Assembly (NCBI GenBank): GCA_026414485.1
Contig: JAOAIX010000010.1
Span: 4,371 to 68,370 of the forward strand
Source of the DNA: Candidatus Bathyarchaeota archaeon
GTDB lineage: Archaea > Thermoproteota > Bathyarchaeia > Bathyarchaeales > Bathycorpusculaceae
Reading direction: 5' to 3'
DNA: 64,000 nt
Shown in pieces: positions 28,200-36,525 of this stretch. Position 1 is the stretch's first letter; each line of letters starts with the position of its first letter. Position numbers and translations under genes: made by a program. The notes below the pieces were generated by a model. It searched no databases. It was given only the letters and a program-made list of their open reading frames with translations, and was not told the DNA's origin.

Positions 28200-28937
28200 T
28201 TAAAGTCCCAGATATACTTCCTTGATGTGACTATTAGACAGCAGTTCTCTGCTTTTGCCATCTATAATAATCTTGCCTTCTTCGAGAACATATCCACGGT
28301 TAGATATGTTAAGTGAGTCTCGAATATTTTGCTCAACAAGGAGGACAGTTACGCCATCTTCATTTATTTTTGTTATAGTGTCAAGAACTTTTTCTACTAT
28401 TATTGGAGCTAACCCCAGTGAGGGTTCGTCTAATATGAGAAGCTGTGGATTGGACATTAAGCTACGGCAGATTACAAGCATTTGTTGTTCCCCACCGCTG
28501 AGAGTCTGAGCAAGGGCTTTTTGTTTCTTTTTGAGAACAGGGAAGATTTGATAGAGTTTTTCTTGAGTATCCTTTATTTTTTCTTTATTTTTGACACTGT
28601 AGGCACCCAGCTGCAGGTTCTCTTCAACAGTCAATTTGGGAAAAATCTCTCTTCCTTCAGGAATCATCGTTACGCCTTTTTTGACAATTTCATAGGTGGG
28701 GAGGTTTTGAATTTCTTCACCTTTAAATTGTATTGTTCCATCTTTTGCGGGCAACAGAGCCATTATAGTTTTTACGAGAGTGGTTTTACCTGCCCCGTTT
28801 GGTCCAATAATACTAACTATTTCTTTCTCTTTAATATGGAAAGATACATCCCAGAGAATTTGAACCATACCGTAGCCAGCTGATAAATTTTTGACTTCCA
28901 GCATGTTAGTCCTCTCCGAACGCAAATTTCTTGCCAA
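28200..28937 (-). CDS. livF: ABC transporter ATP-binding protein, LivF-type
   Basis: 245 aa. Walker A GPNGAGKTT, signature LSGGEQQ, Walker B LLILDEPS. Confidence 0.85.
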   Translation of the reverse strand: MARNLRSERTNMLEVKNLSAGYGMVQILWDVSFHIKEKEIVSIIGPNGAGKTTLVKTIMALLPAKDGTIQFKGEEIQNLPTYEIVKKGVTMIPEGREIFPKLTVEENLQLGAYSVKNKEKIKDTQEKLYQIFPVLKKKQKALAQTLSGGEQQMLVICRSLMSNPQLLILDEPSLGLAPIIVEKVLDTITKINEDGVTVLLVEQNIRDSLNISNRGYVLEEGKIIIDGKSRELLSNSHIKEVYLGL

Positions 28938-29658
28938 GGTAAACTTTTACGACTTCTTCGTTGTTGCAGACTTTTTCAGGTGTACCCTCGCAAAGTTTTT
29001 CGCCATGATGTAACACAATGACACGATTGCATAAACCCATTATCACACGCATTACATGCTCAACAATGAGTACAGTTATGCCCTGTTTGTTAATGAGTTT
29101 AACGAGTTCTACAGCTTGGTCACTTTCTTTTGGCGTTAACCCTGTGAGAAGCTCGTCAAGAAGGAGCAGGTGAGGTTTTGTTGCTAGAGCACGGGCAAGT
29201 TGAACACGACGCAGCTCAATAACGTTGAGGTTCTGAGCAGGCAGAGTAAATTTTTCTTTTGGTAAACCAACAAAGTCCAAAAGCTCAGAGGCTTTTGTGG
29301 CAGCATTAATTTTTTCACCGTATTTTTTTGCAGCAAAAAGAACAGCAGTAAGAACATTTTCAAAGGTGGTCATGTCAGGAAAGGATTGGACTGTCTGAGA
29401 AGTTTTAGCTATACCTTTTGAGCAGATAGTGTAAGGGGGTAGCTTTGTTATGTCTTCATTTTGGAAAAGAATTTTGCCGCTATCAGGTTTGTAAACACCG
29501 CTAATAATATTCAGTATTGTGGATTTACCTGAACCGTTTGGTCCAACAAGTCCTACGATTTCGTTCTTGTTAACTGATAAGTCTACCCTTTTTAGTGCTT
29601 GCACACCACCAAATGTTTTAGAAACTTCAAGGCATTGCAGCAACAGATGTTTCTCCAA
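28906..29658 (-). CDS. livG: ABC transporter ATP-binding protein, LivG-type
   Basis: 250 aa. KTFGGVQAL, Walker A GPNGSGKST, LLLLDE. First gene of the operon. Confidence 0.85.
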   Translation of the reverse strand: MEKHLLLQCLEVSKTFGGVQALKRVDLSVNKNEIVGLVGPNGSGKSTILNIISGVYKPDSGKILFQNEDITKLPPYTICSKGIAKTSQTVQSFPDMTTFENVLTAVLFAAKKYGEKINAATKASELLDFVGLPKEKFTLPAQNLNVIELRRVQLARALATKPHLLLLDELLTGLTPKESDQAVELVKLINKQGITVLIVEHVMRVIMGLCNRVIVLHHGEKLCEGTPEKVCNNEEVVKVYLGKKFAFGED

Positions 29659-29940
29659 GTGAACTTTTGGAATATACTGGTTGTAGAGATATATAATTTT
29701 ACGCTAAAACGGCATTTGATGTCCACTCTAACTTTGAAAAACATAATAAAAATGAAAAGACAGATAACACATTATTGAAGAAAAAAGGTTGTATCAGCAA
29801 CAGGTAACAGTAACTCTGGTTGCTGGCATAATTTTCTCAAACCTTATAAACGAGTTTCACGTCAAATCAGTCAACCTTTCCAAAGACAGCAGATCTTAGG
29901 AACAGGTAATATATCCATTCACACATTACGTGGTAAAAAA

Positions 29941-31350
29941 ATGTCGAGCCCAAAAAAACCAAAAATTGCTCTTGTAACTTCACCTCATCTTGAAAGGGCA
30001 TACCATCACCCGCTTTTTCCACCAATAGGTTTGAGTTATCTAGCTGCGGTTTTAGATCAACACGAATATGAAGTGAAAGTTATAGATTGCCCAGCTTGCA
30101 ATTTTACACAGCAGAACTTAAAATCTGAGCTTGCTTCGTTTTCACCTGACCTTATAGGTATAGCATCGATGACTGCAACAATACCATCAGCTTTGGAGTC
30201 TGCGCGAGTAGCAAAAGAAACATGCCCAGACAGCAAGGTCATAATGGGTGGTCCACACGCCACCTTCGCAGATGAGCAGATTCTAAGTGAAGAAGAAGCA
30301 GTGGATATCGTGGTGCGAGGCGAGGGTGAAATAACCATGTTAGAGTTGGCACAGAATAATGCTGACCAAAAAAGTTTGCCCAAAACCAAAGGTATAACCT
30401 TTAGAAATAAAGGGCAAATTGTTAGAACAGAAAGCCGTGACTTCATTGAGGATTTGGATGCACTTCCCAGACCCGCCTACAAATTCTTACCTATGGATAG
30501 GTACAAGATCACAGGTAAAACATTCCTTCCAATAATGACCAGCAGAGGCTGCCCATTCCAATGCAGTTTCTGTGTAGCTAGCCAAATTTTTGGTGCAAAA
30601 TTTCGTGCACGCAGCCCAAAAAACGTGGTTGATGAATTGGAGTGGCTCAAAACAGAGTATGGTGCTGACGGCATCAGTTTCCATGACGACACTTTAACGT
30701 TGGACAAGAAACGCATTATTGACATATGTGACGAAATGATTAATCGTAAAATTAATTTACCTTGGGGCTGCCAAACCCGTGTGGACACGGTTTCTGAAGA
30801 AGTTTTAGCCAAAATGCGCAAGGCAGGTTGTAACGAAGTTTCATTCGGCATCGAATCAGGCTGCCAACGAATCCTTGACGCCGTGCACAAAAAATTTGAG
30901 TTATCACAGGCTGAAAAAGCCATCAAGTGGGCAAAAAAAGAAGGACTGTTCGTAGCGGTTTCCACAATCATCGGTTATCCAGGAGAAACCAAAGAGACGA
31001 TGCAGCAAACCATGGATTTAATGCGGCGGATTGAACCAGATGACGCATGGTTATGCATAGCTACGCCATATCCAGGAACGGAGTTACGAGCTTTGGTGGA
31101 AAAGAACGGTTGGAAAATGACCAATGATTGGACAAAATATAACACTATGAACCCCATCTTTGAGAATCCAGATTTGCCTTCGGAAGAATACAGCAAAATG
31201 CGGACAAAATTCTACAATAGTTTTTACACGCCCAAATATGTTCTCCGACAATTCTCTAAAGGCTACTTGAAGGGTAACTTTTACAGCAAAATCATGGCAA
31301 GAACTGCTGTGAACTACATGCTGTGGCGGATCTTATCAAAGTTCCACTGA
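29941..31350 (+). CDS. B12-binding-domain radical SAM protein (class B)
   Basis: 469 aa. N-terminal Rossmann-like cobalamin-binding domain (KIALVTSP...PPIGLSYLAAVL...IGIASMT...IMGGPHAT) and radical SAM motif CPFQCSFC. Confidence 0.8.
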   Translation: MSSPKKPKIALVTSPHLERAYHHPLFPPIGLSYLAAVLDQHEYEVKVIDCPACNFTQQNLKSELASFSPDLIGIASMTATIPSALESARVAKETCPDSKVIMGGPHATFADEQILSEEEAVDIVVRGEGEITMLELAQNNADQKSLPKTKGITFRNKGQIVRTESRDFIEDLDALPRPAYKFLPMDRYKITGKTFLPIMTSRGCPFQCSFCVASQIFGAKFRARSPKNVVDELEWLKTEYGADGISFHDDTLTLDKKRIIDICDEMINRKINLPWGCQTRVDTVSEEVLAKMRKAGCNEVSFGIESGCQRILDAVHKKFELSQAEKAIKWAKKEGLFVAVSTIIGYPGETKETMQQTMDLMRRIEPDDAWLCIATPYPGTELRALVEKNGWKMTNDWTKYNTMNPIFENPDLPSEEYSKMRTKFYNSFYTPKYVLRQFSKGYLKGNFYSKIMARTAVNYMLWRILSKFH

Positions 31351-31353
31351 ACT

Positions 31354-32235
31354 TCAAATTCTGATTTGCCTCTTTTTTGTAAAAAATAACAGTATACCAA
31401 TTAAAGGCAAAGTTGCCATCCACAAGTCTACGTTGTGCAACACCGCAAACGTCGGCCAAACGGTTAAAACCGCAGATCTACCAAACATAAACCACAGAAC
31501 TAAGATAACATCAAAGTATAGTCCCAATACCACCAAAATTAATCCTACTTTTTTAGGATTAAAATCGTCTAACGATTTTGTTTTAAAAAAGTTTTTTGCA
31601 TAGACCGCTGAGTAAACCGCAACCAAAAAGAGTCCTACGACGGTTAGGGAGAATTCAAAGGCATACCTAGCTGAAGACAGAAGAAAGGCGGTACCTTGTA
31701 GGTAAATTTCGCTCCACCATTGTGAAGTATAGTTGAACCAGAAAACAAACATGTAAGCAGCAAGGACAACTAGAGCCCATCGCAGGGCATTTATGGATGA
31801 TTTTGCGGGGCTCAACTTGAAAAACAAAATCCCTAATACTGTGGGCATCACGATAGCTTGTAAGAGACAGGGCAACCCCGCTTCTATTATGAAGAATTCT
31901 CTAGAGTACAGAACACTCTGGAAGTTAAAACCCCAGAAACCCACAGGAAGAAACAACAACCAGTAGGCAGCTTCAAGTAGAACAATCCACCTAAGCGAAG
32001 TAATCAATTCGGCTTTGGATAATTCTCTCCCAACCAAGTAGAACAAGGAAACTATGAGGGCTATGAAGCTAGCAGCTGCTCTGAAACCAAAACCAACAGA
32101 TCCAGGCATGTCAGTAACGGGCACGTCGGTCAAATTGAGAACAGTAAGACCAAATTTATACATTGTAAAAGAAAACCATGCTAACGCAACCGTGAACAAG
32201 CCTGTCTTGAACACCCATGCCGATCTGTTTTCCAC
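31354..32235 (-). CDS. Hypothetical integral membrane protein (~8 TM)
   Basis: 293 aa, strongly hydrophobic and W/F/Y-rich, no recognisable motif. Convergent with the B12-radical SAM gene across a 3-nt gap. Confidence 0.4.
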   Translation of the reverse strand: MENRSAWVFKTGLFTVALAWFSFTMYKFGLTVLNLTDVPVTDMPGSVGFGFRAAASFIALIVSLFYLVGRELSKAELITSLRWIVLLEAAYWLLFLPVGFWGFNFQSVLYSREFFIIEAGLPCLLQAIVMPTVLGILFFKLSPAKSSINALRWALVVLAAYMFVFWFNYTSQWWSEIYLQGTAFLLSSARYAFEFSLTVVGLFLVAVYSAVYAKNFFKTKSLDDFNPKKVGLILVVLGLYFDVILVLWFMFGRSAVLTVWPTFAVLHNVDLWMATLPLIGILLFFTKKRQIRI

Positions 32236-32468
32236 CCTTAACTTGCTCCTTGCCCCACTCAGGCTGGTTCTTTTTTATCCTCAATTTCATACAACAAAAC
32301 ACTTATACTTTATCATTTTACTAAAAAAGAGACGGAAAAAATAACTTAAACATCATTGAATTACTTGTAATTTACATGTTTTGTCATTATCTATTTTACT
32401 AATCATCAACTGTAATACATCAAAAACGAGAACAACTGTATTTCACAAGAAACCCAAACAGCAATATG

Positions 32469-32520
32469 TTCCGCTTAAAAACTTACAAATACAAAAGTAC
32501 AAACCGATTAACAGAAACTT
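32469..32520 (+). promoter_or_regulatory. Conserved upstream element (copy A) shared with 36429..36468
   Basis: TTCCGCT ... AAACTTACAAATACAAAAGTACAA ... AACAGAAACTT, 50-100 nt upstream of the HemN-like radical SAM start. Copy B has TTCCGCT ... AACAGAAACTTACAAAAAAAGTACAA. Confidence 0.25.
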
Positions 32521-32570
32521 TATTACACATCCAGACCTTTCATGAAGGCTGAAAGTTTGAGGGTTTAAGC

Positions 32571-33872
32571 ATGACAACATCTGCAGGCTCACAGAACAAA
32601 CAGGAAGCTTATGAACAAAGAACTAACTGGCCTCCCTACACATATAGGGACTACCCAGATATTAAACCTGAAACTTACAAAGCCTTCCTCGAATTTTTAA
32701 ATACAGAAAACACCACAGGCAGACTTATGGAGTTACAACCTTGGATTTCGGTTTGCGACTCCCGATGTGCCTTCTGCTATTTCCCAACAACCGCATCAAG
32801 CAAAGTTAAACTAGAGCCTTACCTTGAACTGCTCAAAAAAGAGTTAGACATGTATTCAAAAACTAAATATGTGAAAACCAGCTTGTTTGACGAGATAGTT
32901 TTAGGTGGTGGAACACCAAGTGTTCTTTCAGCTGAGCAGATTATTGATCTTATCGACTTCTGTAAAAAACGCTTCACCACAAGCAAAGAATACTTCATCA
33001 AAGTCACAGGTTCTTCCAAAACGTTGGCACTGAGCAAAATTGACAAACTTGCTGCCTATGGGGTGTACCAAATGGATATGGGAGCCCAGACCTTCGATGA
33101 CAAACTCCGAAAAATGCTTTGCTTACCCGACAGCGCCGCGGAAGTTGAGAAAGCTATTAAGCATGCTAGAAAATTAGGTTTGTGCGTTTGCGTAGATTTA
33201 ATGTATAATCTACCCGGGCAAACCATGGAAAGTTGGATAAACACACTAAAGAAAGCTATAGAACTGGACGTAGAAATTGATGCCTACTCACTACACGTTG
33301 ATCCAGGCACACCGCTGGAGACCATGATTAAAAAAGGCATTTCACCACCCCAAGGAGACGCAGAATATGAAAAGCAAATGTACCTTACTGCCTACAACAT
33401 GCTCACCCAGGCAGGCTACAAAGCCGTTGGACATGACCGCTTTTCACGTGTCGAATGGCATATGCGGGAGAACTGCCTTAACGGCTGGCCATGGGGGGGA
33501 ATATTAACTACAGGTGCAGGTTGCTTTATGGGTTACTTACAGCGATTCTCGTACAGCAACCTTGAAGACATAAATGCATATATGGAAGCAGTAAAAGCTG
33601 GGAAACTGCCTATTCAGAAATTGTCTGAATCCACGGACGAAGAAATGATGAGTCGTGAAATGAGTAGACTCTATTTGCGTTTACCAGTGAGCAAAACAGA
33701 GTTCATGGAAAAATTTGGTAAACTACCTGAAGAAGTCTTCCCACAGCAGTTGAAAAACCTCCAGAAAAGAGGTTTAATTGAAATTGACGATAAAGAAATT
33801 CGCATAACAAAAGAAGGCGAAGTATGGAAGGGCAACATAGCATGGGAGTTCGCTCAAAAACCCTCCTCCTAA
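32571..33872 (+). CDS. Radical SAM protein, HemN/HemW (oxygen-independent coproporphyrinogen oxidase-like) family
   Basis: 433 aa. Motif CDSRCAFCYF (CxxxCxxC), GGGTPS, and a HemN-like C-terminal helical domain. Confidence 0.7.
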   Translation: MTTSAGSQNKQEAYEQRTNWPPYTYRDYPDIKPETYKAFLEFLNTENTTGRLMELQPWISVCDSRCAFCYFPTTASSKVKLEPYLELLKKELDMYSKTKYVKTSLFDEIVLGGGTPSVLSAEQIIDLIDFCKKRFTTSKEYFIKVTGSSKTLALSKIDKLAAYGVYQMDMGAQTFDDKLRKMLCLPDSAAEVEKAIKHARKLGLCVCVDLMYNLPGQTMESWINTLKKAIELDVEIDAYSLHVDPGTPLETMIKKGISPPQGDAEYEKQMYLTAYNMLTQAGYKAVGHDRFSRVEWHMRENCLNGWPWGGILTTGAGCFMGYLQRFSYSNLEDINAYMEAVKAGKLPIQKLSESTDEEMMSREMSRLYLRLPVSKTEFMEKFGKLPEEVFPQQLKNLQKRGLIEIDDKEIRITKEGEVWKGNIAWEFAQKPSS

Positions 33873-33876
33873 ATCT

Positions 33877-33912
33877 TTTTTGAGTTACTCTTTTTTAGTT
33901 TGAACTCAAAAA
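33877..33912 (+). terminator. Weak A/T-rich hairpin plus T-tract after the HemN-like gene
   Basis: TTTTTGAGTT (33877-33886) pairs with AACTCAAAAA (33903-33912). A T6 run follows directly after the stop codon. Confidence 0.3.
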
Positions 33913-34004
33913 CAATTTTATAACTGAGCTGAAGAAACTATCGACAGGAAAGTTCTGCAGAATATTTAAAAAATAGTTAAGAAGTAAAAAAGGGAAAAGA
34001 TTGT

Positions 34005-34685
34005 TTAATGCCTCATCGGGGCTATTCCATACCAAGTCATGACCTTGGCCACTATGGGAGCGATGATGCCTAAGATTATCATTGGAAGCATTGTCAAGAA
34101 AGCTGCATTCAATGGGTCACCGGCAGTCATCCAAGCGCTGAATGCGACAGTTATGTTGAAGATGAATTGAAGTACACCCACCAATATAGCAGCGGTTAAG
34201 CCTGCGCCTAACATACGTTTGAAGCTGTATGAACCGTTGTTTAATGCGCCTGCAACGTATCCAACGAGGATTCCGCCGACAATATAGTTGCCAATAAAGC
34301 TAGGATCAGCATACAAATTATATGTGTACTCGACACCAAAGGATTTGAGGCTAGTCATTATGTTATAGCCTGCCATGCCCATATAGTACAATGTACCCAT
34401 GATGAAACCTGCGCAACCGCCAGCCCATTTATTCCACAGTAAACCTAAGATGAGTGGTACAGCAAACATAACCATCTGAGCAAAGCCATGTGTGAATATC
34501 ACAGTGAGAAACGCGTAGGGTGATCCTGGGTCACCAGTCATCATGTTTGGCGGTGGGAACCAGCTGTCAAGAGCAGGGCGAAGAATAGCAGGGAAAGCAA
34601 CGATTATTAAACCGACAATTACTGGTACAACTAAGCCAAATCCTATGTCTTTTAACTTGAATTTTTCTGTTTCCATCTTTCTCAT
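34005..34685 (-). CDS. Hypothetical integral membrane protein (~6 TM)
   Basis: 226 aa, G/A/M-rich helices, no motif recognised. Has its own TATA-like box (TTTATAA at ~34710-34725 on the minus strand). Lies downstream of the RnfD-like gene. Confidence 0.4.
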   Translation of the reverse strand: MRKMETEKFKLKDIGFGLVVPVIVGLIIVAFPAILRPALDSWFPPPNMMTGDPGSPYAFLTVIFTHGFAQMVMFAVPLILGLLWNKWAGGCAGFIMGTLYYMGMAGYNIMTSLKSFGVEYTYNLYADPSFIGNYIVGGILVGYVAGALNNGSYSFKRMLGAGLTAAILVGVLQFIFNITVAFSAWMTAGDPLNAAFLTMLPMIILGIIAPIVAKVMTWYGIAPMRH

Positions 34686-34848
34686 CCTTTAAGTGTCTAT
34701 ACGTTTGGGCGCGTTTATAAATTTAATGTTTTAAATCGACAAAAGGTGCCTCCTTAAAACTCTAAGGTTAGGTCGAACTTGTTGTGAAGAGGAGACAAGA
34801 AAAAGTACGAAAAAAAATTAACGAAAAAAGAAAATTAAGGGTGTGTGT

Positions 34849-36207
34849 TTATTGCTGGCGCATCATGCCTTTGGCAGTAAGCACCGACTTTCGAAGGTCT
34901 ATTCTTGCAGGGCAAATGAATGTGCAATGGCCGCACCCAGTGCAGTAGTCTGCGTGTAGTTTTGCCAGAGCGTCAAAGTCTTGTTTATCATAGGCTTGCT
35001 TAATCAGTATCGGACTGAGCGCGTGACAGCAGACCCGCATGCAGGCACCACATTTGATGCAAGCGTATTCCTTGACTTTTTCTGCGGCAAATTGTTTAGC
35101 TTTAGGCAGTTTAGGCTCTTTTTTCTCTTGGCGAGGAGTAAGCTTACCAATTTGATCTAGCTTTGAAACGGTCAAGTTCATAATTAACAACGCAAGGATG
35201 GAGCCACCGAAGAAGTTCATGTAGGTCTGGATTAGGATTGTCAACACGCCTAAGCCCACACCGAAAATTAACTGACCAGTATAAGTAAGCGGTGTTGTTG
35301 CAGGATCAGTTGCCATGAAGAAGCCCATGAAAATTGAGCTACCAATGAATATAGAGAAAATCAATCGATAAGTCATGTCGGTATCGGCATACGCAACTGA
35401 CAGGATAACTGACATTAGTGCAACCGTAACAAAGTAGGCGAGGGTGATTCTCCATTTTATGAATCGGTGTGCAACAGCGAACAGGGCGATACCTGCTATT
35501 ATGACGGCTATACTTGAAGCTCCCCCTACCCAACCATGGAATTTCTCAAAGATCATTATGTAGGGTACGTCGGGTGGAGTTGCAACAGCCGGATTTGCAA
35601 AGCAGCCTTGAAGGTAACTGGCAAAAGAAGCCATACCGTTGTCGCCTACGGGCGCTATTCCTCCGCCAAGTGGACCTGCTAAGGCGGGTACACCAAGCCA
35701 ACCAGTTTTGAGGTGGTCAACAGCGATGAATATTGAGTTGAAGAGAGGAAGTAGAACAAGGAATTTAGCAGCTGCAGCGGGGTTAAGTTTGTGTGGCAGA
35801 ACTTTTTTGAACAGAACCATGCCAACGAGGGATATTAATCCGACGTAAACGAAGGCTCCTGGAGCGTCGACTGGTAACCCTACTTCAGTGTTCATTGAAG
35901 GTAAACCCAAGCTGTAGGAAAGAGTAACTATGAGACCATAGACTGCAGCAGACATCAAATTGAGAGGACTATCTGATACAAGTTTGTAGAAAAGAACATC
36001 AATTCCTACCGCAACGCCCACAGAGATGAGAGCACATATGATGACGGTAAGGCCGAGGTTTAGGCTTGTAGTGCCAGTCATAAGGTTTGTGGGTGTAACT
36101 TGTGACCATAGAGCAGCTGAGACAATTGTGATGGCAAGGAGTGCTATGAACGTGTAAAGCATTAGACGGTCTTTTGTCATTGCAGAATATTCTTTTGGTT
36201 TTGACAT
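34849..36207 (-). CDS. RnfD/NqrB-family membrane protein fused to a C-terminal RnfC-type 2x[4Fe-4S] ferredoxin domain
   Basis: 452 aa. RnfD-like blocks LNPAAAAKF, IKWRITLAYFVTVAL and FFMATDPATTPLTYTGQLIFGVGLGVLTILIQ. C-terminal CIKCGACMRVC...CTGCGHCTFICP. SD-like AAAGGAG 8 nt upstream of the ATG. Confidence 0.65.
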   Translation of the reverse strand: MSKPKEYSAMTKDRLMLYTFIALLAITIVSAALWSQVTPTNLMTGTTSLNLGLTVIICALISVGVAVGIDVLFYKLVSDSPLNLMSAAVYGLIVTLSYSLGLPSMNTEVGLPVDAPGAFVYVGLISLVGMVLFKKVLPHKLNPAAAAKFLVLLPLFNSIFIAVDHLKTGWLGVPALAGPLGGGIAPVGDNGMASFASYLQGCFANPAVATPPDVPYIMIFEKFHGWVGGASSIAVIIAGIALFAVAHRFIKWRITLAYFVTVALMSVILSVAYADTDMTYRLIFSIFIGSSIFMGFFMATDPATTPLTYTGQLIFGVGLGVLTILIQTYMNFFGGSILALLIMNLTVSKLDQIGKLTPRQEKKEPKLPKAKQFAAEKVKEYACIKCGACMRVCCHALSPILIKQAYDKQDFDALAKLHADYCTGCGHCTFICPARIDLRKSVLTAKGMMRQQ

Positions 36208-36428
36208 ATTTGCATAATCTCCTTTTTAATGAAATCTGTCAAAAACGTTAGGTTGTTAAGTTTATAAGATTTTCTAGTTAAGGTATAGAAAACACCAAAA
36301 ACGGTGTGATTCCACGTTTTTTAGATTTTTTGAGTGCGCAAAAAGAATAAAAAGTACTTTCTGCGGGAAAAAATTTTATTTTTCACTTGAATTAGAGAAA
36401 CTAATGGTTCTCACTTAAGAACAAAACA

Positions 36429-36468
36429 TTCCGCTATAGGAACAGAAACTTACAAAAAAAGTACAAGA
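36429..36468 (+). promoter_or_regulatory. Conserved upstream element (copy B) shared with 32469..32520
   Basis: TTCCGCT-N5-AACAGAAACTTACAAAAAAAGTACAA, about 60-100 nt upstream of the SPASM radical SAM start. Confidence 0.25.
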
Positions 36469-36525
36469 AGAACAGAGACGAATAATAGATAATTTTATAT
36501 CGTAAAGAATCGTCTAACTCATGCT

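Noticed and set aside
29795-29827. Imperfect inverted repeat CAGCAACAGG...CTGGTTGCTG in the livG/B12-rSAM divergent spacer.
   Set aside because: The stem is imperfect, there is no adjacent T-tract, and the position is not clearly related to either promoter.
32465-32551. 28-aa ORF (MFRLKTYKYKSTNR...) covering the conserved element upstream of the HemN-like gene.
   Set aside because: The second copy of the element (36429..36468) has no start codon in the corresponding frame (a TAA lies just upstream). The conservation is therefore at the DNA level, not the peptide level.
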